A stretch of DNA of 64,000 nt, from contig JAHFSP010000001.1 of assembly GCA_023265685.1 (NCBI GenBank), forward strand, positions 54,975-118,974. The letters are read 5' to 3'. The notes beneath the pieces were generated by a model. That model was not told the DNA's origin. It was given only the letters and a program-made list of their open reading frames with translations, and did no database searches. The stretch is from Candidatus Woesearchaeota archaeon. Its GTDB lineage: Archaea > Nanobdellota > Nanobdellia > Woesearchaeales > GW2011-AR9. A program made the position numbers and the translations under genes. The first letter of the stretch is position 1. Every line of letters starts with the position of its first letter. Below are positions 8,830 through 19,680 of the stretch, in pieces.

Positions 8830-11724
8830 ATGACACTAGATTGGAAACGTCTGCATGGGACATGGCAGCAGGAGTGGAGAGAAGATCGAGTTTTTCAAGT
8901 TGATGTTGAGGATTATTCTAAGAAAAAATACTTTATAACCACCCCATACCCATACATGAGTGGATTGTTGCATCTTGGTCATTTATTTACGTACATGGCT
9001 CCCGAGGCAACTGCGCGATTTAAACGAATGCAGGGGCATAACGTGTTGTTTAAGTTTGCATTTCACTGTACCGGAACGCCCATTGTTGCTGCAGCGCAGA
9101 GAGTTAAAGAGGGCGAACCAACACAAATTGCAACATTACATAAGATGGGGATCGCTCAAAGTGAAATACCAAAATTTTCTAACCCGGAATATTGGTGCGA
9201 GTATTTCCCAAAAGAAAATCTTAAAGATTTGCATAACCTGGGTTTTGTTATCGATGATCAATACACATTCAAAACAACGTATCTTGATCCAACATATGAT
9301 AAGTTTGTGACCTGGCAGTTTAATAAGTTACATCAACTTGGATATGTTACAAAAGGAAAACATCCCGTAATGTGGTGTCCCAAAGATAATGTTCCCGTAG
9401 GAGATCATGATCGTGCTGAGGGAGAAGGCGAGACACCGAAAGATTTTATTTGGATTAAATACCGCCTAAAACATTCCGATTTGATTTTAATGACGGGAAC
9501 AACACGCCCTGATGCCCTATTAGGCCAAACTAATTTATGGATTGATCCTCATGGAAAGTATAAAGTTGTTGAGATTCATAGTGTAAATGACCAAACTGAA
9601 AAATGGGTTGTAGGAGAAGCGGTTATTCAAAAGATTTGCGATCAATGTGATCCCAAAGTCAAAATTCTACGGGATATTGATGTTCACGAACTAATTGGAA
9701 AATGGGTACAGGGACCAGTTGTTGGTGGTGCAAGAGAGGAATTATATACCTTGCCTGCAGGATTTATTGATTCCAAAGTAGGGTCTGGGCTAGTTTATTC
9801 TGCTTTGGAAGATCCCGTAGATTTATTCGAGTTACGTAAAATTCAAAGTGATAAAAAATTATTAGATTCGTTCCATCTTGACCATGCAACTGTTACAAAA
9901 TTAAAACCGATTCCGATTATTAGTGTTGAAGAGATGGGCGAGGATTTAGGAGATTCTATCGGAAAAGAGTTCAATATTACTTCTGCAGATCAAAAAGAAA
10001 AATTAGAAGAAGCAAAAGGCGAACTTAATCGTCGAGTCTATCGTAAAGGAATAATGCGCGAGAGTTGCGGTAAATATGGTGGCATGAACATTCCTACATG
10101 TCAAGAGGCAATCAAAAAAGACCTATTACAAGAAGGGGATGCAGTCATGTTTTGGGAACCTACAGGAAAAGTTGTGTGTCGTTGTTTAACACCATGTATC
10201 GTAAAGGTTGTGAGTAATCAATGGTTCTTAGAATATGATAATCCTGAATGGAAAAAAATTACACATGAATGTTTGGATATGTTAACCCTTTATCCAGAAA
10301 AAATACGTAAGCAATTTGATTATGTTTTAGATTGGTTACAGCATTGGGCGTGTACACGTGAGTTTGGTCTAGGAACGAAATTACCCTGGGATCATGAATG
10401 GGTGATTGAATCATTGAGTGATTCGACGTTACAAATGGCCTATTGTACAATTGCCAAGTACCTTGAGCATCCTAAAGAATATGGATTGCATGTAGAACAT
10501 CTTAATGATGCGTTTTTTGATTATGTCTTTTTAGGGCAAGGATCAGTTGCTGAGGTAGAAAAATCAACGAAAATTACACGAGTGATGGTTGAGAAGATGC
10601 GACATGATTTTGAGTATTGGTATCCCGTTGATTTTCGAAATTCAGCGAAAGATTTGTTGCAAAATCACCTTGCGTTTTGTCTGTTTAATCATACTGCATT
10701 GTTTCCTAAAAAGCATTGGCCGAAAGCGTATGTGTTAAATGGGCGAATCATGGTTAATAATGAGAAGATGTCGAAATCGAAAGGTAACTTTTTTACAATT
10801 CGAGAATTGTATGAGAAATATACTGCAGACATCATTCGTTTGACGGCAGCGAATGCTGGTGAGGGAGTTGAGGATGCAAATTATGATCTGACATTTTTAG
10901 AAACGGCTCGAAACAAACTCGAAGATGTGTATGAATTTGCATGTGGGCATTATAACAAAGGACGTAGTGGAGCTGAGATGCTGAGTATTGATGTCTGGTT
11001 TGAGAATATGATTAATACCTGTGTTGAGGCCGCGACACAAAGTATGGAGAATATGTTGTTTAAATCAGCAGTACAAGCTGGATTTATGAATATGCAACGA
11101 CATTTGAAGTGGTATACGCGTCGTACTCATGGGAATTATAACAAGAAAGTCATTAATCATTTTATTGAAACACAACTAAAATTACTGGTTCCGTTTACAC
11201 CTCATTTCTGTGAAGAAACTTGGCATACTATTGGGAAAAAAACATATATCTCCAACGAGAGTTGGCCCGTTGCAGGACATATTGATTCTAGGGCAATGCT
11301 GACTGAAGAACTTTTGGAACAGACGATGAGCGATATTAGTGAAGTGTTGAAGTTGGCGAAAACGGAAAAGGTTGAGACGGTAACATTATTTGTTGCAGAT
11401 ACCTGGAAATATGATGCGTTTAAGAAAATTGGAGAAGAGTTAGAGAGAACCCGCGAGTTCAAAGAGATTATGGGCTCGATGATGAAAGAAGAAGAGTTCA
11501 AGAAATATTCTGGGGAACTGACGAAGTTGATTCCAAAATTCGTTAAAGTAGGATCCGTAGGAACTGCAACTTCCCAACCATTCGAATTGAAAGTGTTATA
11601 TGATGCTGTCACGTTCTTAGAAAGAGAATTTTCCTGTTCTATTGTAGTGGTACGTGGAGAAGACAATACTCATGCGAAAGCTCGAGGAGCAATGCCGGGA
11701 AAAGTAGGAATTTTGGTAGAGTAG
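8830..11724 (+). CDS. leuS: Leucine--tRNA ligase (archaeal type)
   Basis: PYPYMSGLLHLGH, KMSKSKGN, TTRPD; C-terminal AMPGKVGILVE. Confidence 0.97.
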   Translation: MTLDWKRLHGTWQQEWREDRVFQVDVEDYSKKKYFITTPYPYMSGLLHLGHLFTYMAPEATARFKRMQGHNVLFKFAFHCTGTPIVAAAQRVKEGEPTQIATLHKMGIAQSEIPKFSNPEYWCEYFPKENLKDLHNLGFVIDDQYTFKTTYLDPTYDKFVTWQFNKLHQLGYVTKGKHPVMWCPKDNVPVGDHDRAEGEGETPKDFIWIKYRLKHSDLILMTGTTRPDALLGQTNLWIDPHGKYKVVEIHSVNDQTEKWVVGEAVIQKICDQCDPKVKILRDIDVHELIGKWVQGPVVGGAREELYTLPAGFIDSKVGSGLVYSALEDPVDLFELRKIQSDKKLLDSFHLDHATVTKLKPIPIISVEEMGEDLGDSIGKEFNITSADQKEKLEEAKGELNRRVYRKGIMRESCGKYGGMNIPTCQEAIKKDLLQEGDAVMFWEPTGKVVCRCLTPCIVKVVSNQWFLEYDNPEWKKITHECLDMLTLYPEKIRKQFDYVLDWLQHWACTREFGLGTKLPWDHEWVIESLSDSTLQMAYCTIAKYLEHPKEYGLHVEHLNDAFFDYVFLGQGSVAEVEKSTKITRVMVEKMRHDFEYWYPVDFRNSAKDLLQNHLAFCLFNHTALFPKKHWPKAYVLNGRIMVNNEKMSKSKGNFFTIRELYEKYTADIIRLTAANAGEGVEDANYDLTFLETARNKLEDVYEFACGHYNKGRSGAEMLSIDVWFENMINTCVEAATQSMENMLFKSAVQAGFMNMQRHLKWYTRRTHGNYNKKVINHFIETQLKLLVPFTPHFCEETWHTIGKKTYISNESWPVAGHIDSRAMLTEELLEQTMSDISEVLKLAKTEKVETVTLFVADTWKYDAFKKIGEELERTREFKEIMGSMMKEEEFKKYSGELTKLIPKFVKVGSVGTATSQPFELKVLYDAVTFLEREFSCSIVVVRGEDNTHAKARGAMPGKVGILVE

Positions 11725-11791
11725 AATTCTTTTAGATGGTTGTGTGAGAAGAGAGTAGGAGGGAGACAGAGAGAGAAATTAACTGACGAGA

Positions 11792-12907
11792 CTAAATCTT
11801 TCGAGCCCACTCACACATTAATTTTGGGACGGCGAAGCGATCGGAAGATACACGAGATAAACCATAATAAACTATTGATTCCACATCACGACTGGTGTGA
11901 TAAATTAATGGCCAAATCGGCGATTGCTCGATTTGAGTCATGACTCGTTCTGGTAAATCAGAAGCGTTTTGGTTATAAGTTATTAAATCCTGGAAATGAT
12001 AATTGCAATTAAATGGATGATGCCCAATAATAGTTTCTGCTAGGATTATTGTTGACGCATAGATGTTTCCTGTTGGATCAAAACCACCACTAGCCTGTTG
12101 AAGAGACATATATACGGGAGTTCCAAAGATAATAGGTATATCGGAGATAGTACCTGCTTTAAGACGAGCATGAAGATCATTTATTCTAAAATATTCTGGG
12201 AGATGAGTACCAAGATCGATGCCTAATGAACAACCAGCGTCAACGACTGAAAGACTATTTTCTGTAATGATTATGTTTGATGGTTTAATGTCTCCGTGCT
12301 CAATATTATTTTTTACAAGATATTTTGATACGACGCCTAATCCGTAGGCTACTCTTTGAATGAGATTATGACGCAGATCATTGCGCAATTGATATTGGGG
12401 TGATTTTAATCTTGTTAGGATATATTCTAGCGTTTTACCTTTTATTTCTTGCATTTCTAGATAGGCTACAAGATTTCCTGTTTCGCTTAACGCAAGACCA
12501 TGATCATATAAATGAGGAAAATAGCGTGAACCAGTTATTCCCTCACTCTGGTCTTGAGAGATTTTTGCTAAAACTGCAATTTCGTTCGCAGCACCATGTA
12601 CTCTGATCCGAGTGGGAGAATCTAATTGGTACATCTCGTCCCCTACAAATACAATGCCCTCTCTGCTATCAATGTCAGATTCTGTATAGACCACGTTCAG
12701 AAATGGATTAGTGTTATCTGGTGTGAGTTTTCCAAGAGACCATATTTTGATTATTCGGTCTGGTCGAGCAGGGTCAATAACACGAGCAATACTTCCCTGC
12801 GTTCCACCTAAATTAGTGGGTTTAATTTGTAGTAAAATCTCTAAAGTGGGAGGACCAATAATCGTTGGTTCAAAAGGATCGAAAGGAGATTGAGTTTGAG
12901 TGGTCAT
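11792..12907 (-). CDS. Hanks-type Ser/Thr protein kinase (divergent)
   Basis: HGDIKPSNI, DAG in place of DFG, FGTPVYMS. Confidence 0.85.
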   Translation of the reverse strand: MTTQTQSPFDPFEPTIIGPPTLEILLQIKPTNLGGTQGSIARVIDPARPDRIIKIWSLGKLTPDNTNPFLNVVYTESDIDSREGIVFVGDEMYQLDSPTRIRVHGAANEIAVLAKISQDQSEGITGSRYFPHLYDHGLALSETGNLVAYLEMQEIKGKTLEYILTRLKSPQYQLRNDLRHNLIQRVAYGLGVVSKYLVKNNIEHGDIKPSNIIITENSLSVVDAGCSLGIDLGTHLPEYFRINDLHARLKAGTISDIPIIFGTPVYMSLQQASGGFDPTGNIYASTIILAETIIGHHPFNCNYHFQDLITYNQNASDLPERVMTQIEQSPIWPLIYHTSRDVESIVYYGLSRVSSDRFAVPKLMCEWARKI

Positions 12908-12989
12908 GTTTAAATATTAATATTTTTAGATTGATTTTAATCGATAATTATTTTGATCTACATTTGAACCACTTTATTTTTTAGAGAAA

Positions 12990-14180
12990 TTATTTTTGCA
13001 AATCCATTCTCAAGTACATACCTACATCCACTACTAATCTGGAAGGAACAGGAGAACTGATAGGTGAATAGTTTCTAGGTGTGGGCGATGCTTCCATTGA
13101 AGTGAGTCCTCGACGAGCAGAAGTAAGCTGAGAACAGTACATATCTGGCACTTGTTGTAATCTTTCCGATAGGCCCATAATAACATTGTACAAATTATCT
13201 GGTAAACAACGTCGAGAAGGTTCTTTTACTAATGCACTCTGAAGAGGTTCTATGGCCGGACTGATGATCTGTTTTGCAACCGCTTGGTCTAATCCATACA
13301 CTTGAGCGCTTACTACAGGGAGTTCACGCACGAGCCGGTTCATCATAGGGTTGTTATAAAAAGCTAGTGCTTCGGATACTCTTTCACTTTCATTATAGGC
13401 TGTTTGGTTGGGTAATCGTCCGGCATCTCTGGCGAATGCTCTATTAAAATCAGTTTTTGTTAAAAGTCCATACACAATGGTCGCCATGCTATATACATCA
13501 CTTGCAGGACCAACGAGACGCGGATTATGAATCTGTTCTGGAGAAGCGTTCCCTATCGATCCTGTTGCTACATCGAGTAATGCACGTCGTTTGAAAAACT
13601 CCTCAACTGTGGGATCATACGTTCTAATTATTCCAAGAAGAGATGAACTTTGACCAGATGAACCTTGACCAATCAGAGCTAGTCCGAAATCACCAACAAC
13701 GGCACCGTTTTCATCAATGAAAATGTTTGGTTTCTTAAGATCACGATGTGTTACACCTGCGGTTGCAAGATACGGCAATACGCAAGCAGCTTGGGCAAGA
13801 TAGGTCATTGCTTGTTGCAGAGAAATTTCTCCCATCTTAAATTGGTTGTGGAGATTTTCTCCATGATATGGAAACTGGACTGCGAGAGCGGGACTTTCTC
13901 CTATGGCTATTTCTTCTATACCTTTTACTTTCACAATGCGAGGATGACCTAATGCTTGTCCTAAAACAGCCTCTGCTTTGAGTATAATATGATTAGAAGC
14001 CACTCTACCTACGGGAGGATTTTGAATTTTCACAACAAAACCATCTGATCCTTGGCGATACACTTGCCCTTCTCCTCCATACGCCAAGATATCTTGGGGG
14101 GTGTACTCTCTACCAAACGCAGTAAATGATACTCCCTGGGGCACTTGGGCATAGGGGTTGGATTGGCTAGGCAAACTCAT
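12990..14180 (-). CDS. Hanks-type Ser/Thr protein kinase
   Basis: GGEGQVY, VVK, HRDLKKPNI, DFG, SPEQ, SDVYS. Start moved to MSLPSQ. Confidence 0.9.
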   Translation of the reverse strand: MSLPSQSNPYAQVPQGVSFTAFGREYTPQDILAYGGEGQVYRQGSDGFVVKIQNPPVGRVASNHIILKAEAVLGQALGHPRIVKVKGIEEIAIGESPALAVQFPYHGENLHNQFKMGEISLQQAMTYLAQAACVLPYLATAGVTHRDLKKPNIFIDENGAVVGDFGLALIGQGSSGQSSSLLGIIRTYDPTVEEFFKRRALLDVATGSIGNASPEQIHNPRLVGPASDVYSMATIVYGLLTKTDFNRAFARDAGRLPNQTAYNESERVSEALAFYNNPMMNRLVRELPVVSAQVYGLDQAVAKQIISPAIEPLQSALVKEPSRRCLPDNLYNVIMGLSERLQQVPDMYCSQLTSARRGLTSMEASPTPRNYSPISSPVPSRLVVDVGMYLRMDLQK

Positions 14181-14358
14181 TTTATTATAAAGTATATACT
14201 TAATACTTAAAATGCGGGGCGAGACCATTTCTTATAAAGCTTTTGTAAAAAACAAGATATTTTGTCTTTAGATAGTAGTTAAAATTTGAGAATTAGCAGG
14301 GGTTTTCTTGTTAGTTCTAACCTCCATCTTTATTAATTACTATACATTTAATTCAAGT

Positions 14359-14904
14359 ATGTTTACAAAAAAGACGTTTCTCACAGTGGCAATTGCATTA
14401 CTTTTTGCACTCTTTATTGGGTATGGTATTGAAGTGTTTCACAAAGCTCCTGATTTTGATGCATGCTATCGAACACAGCCAGAATACCCCATTAACGAAA
14501 CTGATTGTAAAGCGATGAATGGGACGTGGATGATGCCTACCGTACCTGCTGATCAAGAAATGGCTAAAGAAAAGGTTCCAACACCAATAGGATACTGTAA
14601 TTATGTTGATCCCTGTTCAACTAAACTACAAGGACAACAAGAAAAACATGATCGGATCGTCTTCATCGTTTCGTTGATCTTTGGAGTACTTGCTTTAGTG
14701 ACGATGCTACTACTTAAAATGGAGATTATTAGTACGGGGATAAGTGCGGGAGGAATCTTGTTGTTGTTATACGGCACCGTTCGTTACTGGCAATATGCAC
14801 ATGATGTGTTACGTTTTACACTCATTGGTATTGCGTTGGCAATTCTGATCTATGTTGCGTACACTAAATTGGATACTGCTCGAGATGAGCGAAAGCGACG
14901 ATGA
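14359..14904 (+). CDS. Hypothetical membrane protein
   Basis: About four TM segments with a Cys-containing loop. Confidence 0.75.
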   Translation: MFTKKTFLTVAIALLFALFIGYGIEVFHKAPDFDACYRTQPEYPINETDCKAMNGTWMMPTVPADQEMAKEKVPTPIGYCNYVDPCSTKLQGQQEKHDRIVFIVSLIFGVLALVTMLLLKMEIISTGISAGGILLLLYGTVRYWQYAHDVLRFTLIGIALAILIYVAYTKLDTARDERKRR

Positions 14905-15359
14905 AAGTCACAACGATCAGTCCTAAAGATGCACTGCAATTGTTGGAAAGGTATACCCTGGAATTGGGCAAAAAAGAAATTGTTCAACGTCGAGAGGAAG
15001 AAAAAAGAGTCGTGGTGCTCATTAACAGAGTCACGGCGTTTTTTCTTATTGATGAAGTTGCTTTTCCAACACTGCGGTTTTTAATGACTCATCCGACATT
15101 ACTTAAGAAGATAACGGTAGATATGGGTGCAGTGAAATTTATTATTAATGGTGCTGATGTGATGCGACCTGGAATACATCACATTGAAGAGGGAATTGTG
15201 GCAGGAAGTCCGATTGCGATTGTTGATCAAACTCATGGTAAATTTCTTGCTGTAGGAATTACGTTGTTAGGAAGTGAAGAAATGCGTAATGCCTCATCGG
15301 GAAAAGTCATTAAAAATCTCCATTATGTTGGTGATGAATTGTGGAAGGAAGAAGCTTGA
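14901..15359 (+). CDS. PUA-domain RNA-binding protein (MCT-1/Tma20-like)
   Basis: VDMGAVKFIINGADVMRPGI...HYVGDELW. Confidence 0.88.
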   Translation: MKVTTISPKDALQLLERYTLELGKKEIVQRREEEKRVVVLINRVTAFFLIDEVAFPTLRFLMTHPTLLKKITVDMGAVKFIINGADVMRPGIHHIEEGIVAGSPIAIVDQTHGKFLAVGITLLGSEEMRNASSGKVIKNLHYVGDELWKEEA

Positions 15360-15389
15360 TTTTGGTAGGGAAAAAGTAGAAGGTGAGTT

Positions 15390-15722
15390 ATGATCTATAA
15401 TCTGACACGACAAAGTGTGATTTGTGAGAAAGAGAAGTATGCTATGTCGTTGTGGAATTGTATGCGGGGGTTGATGTTTCGTCGTTGTCAGAATTTAGTG
15501 ATGGTGTTTTCTGGTGATAAGAAAGTGTCATTACATATGTGGTTTGTGTTCTTTCCCATTGATGTGTTGATTGTTGATAGAGATCATCGAATTGTTGAAA
15601 TTGCGAGAGACTTTAGGCCGTGGAGAATGTGGCAGAGTTCTGTTCAAGGGAAATATGTTATTGAGTTGGGAATAAAGAAAGGAAAGTATGAAGTGGGAGA
15701 TGTGGTAGAGTTTCGAGAGTAG
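15390..15722 (+). CDS. DUF192 family protein
   Basis: RGLMFR, HMWFVFFPIDV, KYVIEL. Confidence 0.85.
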   Translation: MIYNLTRQSVICEKEKYAMSLWNCMRGLMFRRCQNLVMVFSGDKKVSLHMWFVFFPIDVLIVDRDHRIVEIARDFRPWRMWQSSVQGKYVIELGIKKGKYEVGDVVEFRE

Positions 15723-15769
15723 GTTTTTGGAGAAGAATCTTTTTAAAGAAAAGATTGAATTAAAAGACA

Positions 15770-16066
15770 ATGACCCCATATAATGTTGAAATTACTGGAG
15801 CAGGAATAGTAGATAAGTATACCCATTATGAAGCGTACCCGTTTATTGGTCCAGAAAGAGTTACCGTCATTATAAGAGGAGATATAGCAACACAATTTCG
15901 AAAAAAATATGGCTTTGAGATTATAAAAGCTGATAGGCTTGATGTTAGTGTTGATCTGGGAAGAAATGACCAACGGATTAGAGAGTGCCAAGATTCATTC
16001 CGTCCCGCATCACATCTTATGGGTGCCGTTGATTCTTTAGAAGATATAGTATACATAAGACGGTAA
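15770..16066 (+). CDS. Hypothetical protein
   Basis: 98-aa ORF preceded by a TATA-like element. Confidence 0.55.
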   Translation: MTPYNVEITGAGIVDKYTHYEAYPFIGPERVTVIIRGDIATQFRKKYGFEIIKADRLDVSVDLGRNDQRIRECQDSFRPASHLMGAVDSLEDIVYIRR

Positions 16067-16204
16067 GATGCTCGCCCGCTTTCTGTTATTTCTAATTGAA
16101 AGTTTAGCTATTGTGAATAACAAAAGTGAATAACGAAAATTGGGCTGAATAATGAGTATAGGCTTGTTGACTCTGTCGTAAGGATTATATACTCTAAGAA
16201 GATA

Positions 16205-16414
16205 ATGAGATACATGGTTGTAGGAAAGAAAAAAACAGCGGTAAGTGTGCATTGCGAGTCTAAGCATCCTGTTAGCCCGTGGGTTATTTTTGTGGGATTA
16301 GTGGTTATTAGCATAGGTATTAGTCTTATTTGGGAACAGCAAATCATTACAACGTTAGTTGGTGCGGGCGTAGGGTTAATTATTGTATTTTTGTTGACGC
16401 ATAAGAAGAAGTGA
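16205..16414 (+). CDS. Small 2-TM membrane protein
   Basis: Two hydrophobic segments and a basic tail. Confidence 0.55.
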   Translation: MRYMVVGKKKTAVSVHCESKHPVSPWVIFVGLVVISIGISLIWEQQIITTLVGAGVGLIIVFLLTHKKK

Positions 16415-16566
16415 TTCTAGGGATTAAATTCAAAGATGAGGTTATAGAATAGCAGATAAACCAATAGTAGAAGCATGAGTAAGAAACAGAAACTAAAAGG
16501 AGTAACAAAGAATAATGTGAAAGATAATGTAAAAAAATAGAAACAAGTAAAAAATCAAAAACAAGT

Positions 16567-18762
16567 CTATGATCCTAATTCTCCGCTCTTGAGACCTTTA
16601 CGTTGGATGATTTGGTTACGAATCTTATCTTGTAATTCCAGAGGTAGTTTCTCGTACATCTGATCGACAAGAGACGATACACCGCGTCCAGCTGTAGCAC
16701 TACGTAGGTCGTTAGACCAACCAAGCATTTCTCCTACTGGCATTTTAGCAATGACAGCAGTTTGGTCACCTTCTTGGTTCATCTCAAGGAGTTGGCCACG
16801 TTTGGAAGAAACAAGTTTGGAAATCTCTCCTACGTATTCGTGAGGAACTTCGATACGGGTAATCTGTAATGGTTCAAACATCATCGGTCCTGCTTGCATC
16901 ATGGCGCCACGAATACCTTCACGAATGGCAGGATACATTTGGGCTGGACCACGATGGATTGCATCCTCGTGCAAAGAACAGTCAGTAAGGCTAACCATAA
17001 CATTCACACAAGGTTCTTTTGCCAAAGGACCGTTTTTCATAACGTCTTCAAACATATCTAAGACAAGTTCCATGATTTCGTTAATGTACACAATACCACG
17101 AGTTTGATCCATGAACACGTTGCCTTCAAAGATGGCTTTGACTTGACCTGCGGTTTTAGCATCCCAGCCACATTCTTCACGTAAGAACGCGATAGTCTGT
17201 TCATCTTTACGACGGAAACGACCACTTGGAAGACGGCCTTCACGAACGCCTTTTGCAATTACTGGGTCAAGAGGTTCAACTTTGAAGTAGAGTTTGTTGT
17301 GTTTGTTTGGTGATTTTCCTTCTACTTCTGCTGAAGGTTTGGTGATCGTTTCACGATATACAACAATGGGTGGTGAGGTTTTAACTTCAACGCCTTTTTC
17401 TGTGAGAATCCTGTTTTCAATAATTTCAAGATGGAGTTCTCCCATACCACTCATTAAGTTTTGACCTGTTTCTTCGTTAATTTCAATTTTAATGGAAGGG
17501 TCTTCACGACTTACTTTACGCAAGACTTCAATTAATTTTGGAAGGTCGCCAGGTTTTTTGGCTTCAATGGCTTTGGTGATAACGGGGTCGAAGATGTGTT
17601 TGAGTTCTTCAAATGGTTGTTCTGGTTCAAAGGTGACAGTTTCACCAGCAAAGCCCACAACACCTGAAATTGCTAAAACGTTTCCTGCAGGAATGGAGTC
17701 GATAATTTCAGGTTTAACTCCATTATAAATATAGACGTTTTGAATACGTTGTTTTTGTTTGGCGTTGTTAAGCCAGACTTCTTGACCACTTTTAATAACG
17801 CCACTAAAGAGACGACCAGCAGAGATATCTTTTCCTGAACGTGGATCAATGACGATACGCGTGATAACAAACGCAATTTTTCCTTCTGGATTACAAGTGA
17901 TAAGATCTTTTCCAAACTGTGATTCAGGATCGCCGTGCCACATTTTAGGAATACGATATCCTTGTGCTTCTAATGGCGTTGGATGGTGTTTGATAACCAT
18001 ATCAAGAATAACTTCGTGTAATGGTGCGTTTTTCCAAACCCAGTCTTTACGTTCTTCGCCTTCAAGTTGGTAGATATGAAGGATGTCGGAGAATTTGATG
18101 CTTTTTTTCTGCATGTAGGGAAATGAGAGAGCCCAGTTTTCACGAGCTGATCCAAAGGCAACACTACCATCTTGAACACTGACTTTCCATTTATGTTTGT
18201 ATTGGGGTTCAGCGATATTTTCAATCATGTTGTTGAATTGAACTACGAGAGCTTGGATACGAGCAGCAATTTGTTCTGGACTGAGTTTAAGTTCTTTGAC
18301 TAAGCGATCAACTTTGTTGATGAAGAGAACTGGTTTTACACGTTCGCGGAGAGCTTGGCGTACAACGGTTTCTGTTTGTGGCATAACTCCTTCAACACCA
18401 CAAATAAGAACGACTGTTCCATCAATTGCACGCATGGCGCGTGTAACGTTTCCACCAAAGTCAACGTGACCCGGAGTGTCGATTAAGTTAATGAGATATT
18501 CTTTGCCTTGGAAGTCGTGAACCATGGATACGTTCGCAGCATCAACGGTCATGAGACGTTCTTGCTCGTCTGCGTGACCCCAGGTGGCCATACCGGCTTC
18601 GAGATCTCCTGCGGCTTTGGCAGACATCATTCCTGCGGCAGCAAGTAAGTTATCAGTAAATGCGGTTTTACCGTGATGAATGTGTGCAGATGTACAGATA
18701 TTACGAATTTGTGAAGGTGATTGCGTGATACGCATGACCTTATCGACCATTTTTTCTCCCAT
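16567..18762 (-). CDS. fusA: Translation elongation factor aEF-2
   Basis: LIDTPGHVDF, NKVD, MGELHLE and the diphthamide loop DAIHRGPAQ. Confidence 0.97.
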   Translation of the reverse strand: MGEKMVDKVMRITQSPSQIRNICTSAHIHHGKTAFTDNLLAAAGMMSAKAAGDLEAGMATWGHADEQERLMTVDAANVSMVHDFQGKEYLINLIDTPGHVDFGGNVTRAMRAIDGTVVLICGVEGVMPQTETVVRQALRERVKPVLFINKVDRLVKELKLSPEQIAARIQALVVQFNNMIENIAEPQYKHKWKVSVQDGSVAFGSARENWALSFPYMQKKSIKFSDILHIYQLEGEERKDWVWKNAPLHEVILDMVIKHHPTPLEAQGYRIPKMWHGDPESQFGKDLITCNPEGKIAFVITRIVIDPRSGKDISAGRLFSGVIKSGQEVWLNNAKQKQRIQNVYIYNGVKPEIIDSIPAGNVLAISGVVGFAGETVTFEPEQPFEELKHIFDPVITKAIEAKKPGDLPKLIEVLRKVSREDPSIKIEINEETGQNLMSGMGELHLEIIENRILTEKGVEVKTSPPIVVYRETITKPSAEVEGKSPNKHNKLYFKVEPLDPVIAKGVREGRLPSGRFRRKDEQTIAFLREECGWDAKTAGQVKAIFEGNVFMDQTRGIVYINEIMELVLDMFEDVMKNGPLAKEPCVNVMVSLTDCSLHEDAIHRGPAQMYPAIREGIRGAMMQAGPMMFEPLQITRIEVPHEYVGEISKLVSSKRGQLLEMNQEGDQTAVIAKMPVGEMLGWSNDLRSATAGRGVSSLVDQMYEKLPLELQDKIRNQIIQRKGLKSGELGS

Positions 18763-18952
18763 TGTTAAGTACCTCGTTAGTGTGATTAGATTATAGGCAG
18801 TTTGGCGCGGGGTCTGTTTAAAAAGGTTTTGGCAGGGATTTGAGAAGAGGATTTAGGATGGGTCATACTTTTAGATACGGTTAGATAAGTTTTTAGATAA
18901 CTTGTTATACTTGTTAGAAAAGTTTAAATAGTTCATTCTGTTTACAGATAAT

Positions 18953-19201
18953 ATGGATGTCTGCATAAAAGGAATTGATGAACAGAAATGGAAGAGATTT
19001 AAATCACAATCTGCCCGAGAAGGAGTAAATATGGGGGAATTTTTTTCAAAATTAGTTGAAGAATACGAAAAAAATAAACCGAAATCTAACTGGAATGCTA
19101 TTCTTAGCAGACCTAAGACTCTTAAAGGAATAATTTCTCGAGAAGAACTAGATACGATCAGATCAGACTTTCGAGAGCACTTTAAAATGCGAGGAAAATA
19201 A
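18953..19201 (+). CDS. Putative antitoxin (VapB-like, RHH-type)
   Basis: Small protein (IKGIDEQKWKRFK...A) immediately upstream of a PIN gene. Confidence 0.7.
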   Translation: MDVCIKGIDEQKWKRFKSQSAREGVNMGEFFSKLVEEYEKNKPKSNWNAILSRPKTLKGIISREELDTIRSDFREHFKMRGK

Positions 19202-19585
19202 ATGGGATACGTTCTTGACACGAGTGTTCTTATTGAGATAGAAAACGATAATAAAGCAGTTCTCGCATGGCTTTCCTCTTTAGATGAAGATGAGGCGTTT
19301 ATTACTTTTTTTAGTTACTGTGAATTTTTTTACGGATTTATGAATAAGAGTGAAATAAATCAGAAAAAAGCACAAGAACAACTTGCAAAATATCATCTTT
19401 TACTCCCAACACAAAAAACAGCACATATCTTTTGTCAATTGATCCATAATTCTAAGAAGAAAGGTATTGCTCTTGCGGAGTTTGATGGATTTATCGCTGC
19501 ACAATGTCTTGAACATAAACATATTTTACTGACGCTTGATAAGAATTTTCAAAAGATTACTGAATTGAAGGTTCAGAGTAGGTAG
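19202..19585 (+). CDS. vapC: PIN-domain toxin VapC
   Basis: VLDTSVLI...E...FDGFIAA...LLTLDKNF. Confidence 0.9.
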   Translation: MGYVLDTSVLIEIENDNKAVLAWLSSLDEDEAFITFFSYCEFFYGFMNKSEINQKKAQEQLAKYHLLLPTQKTAHIFCQLIHNSKKKGIALAEFDGFIAAQCLEHKHILLTLDKNFQKITELKVQSR

Positions 19586-19680
19586 GGATAAGGGTAGTAT
19601 GCGAGATAGAGAGTAGATTGAGAAAGTAATTTTGGTTTGAAAAGGTTATGAAAGAAAATTATAAAAAACTAAATCAAAAT

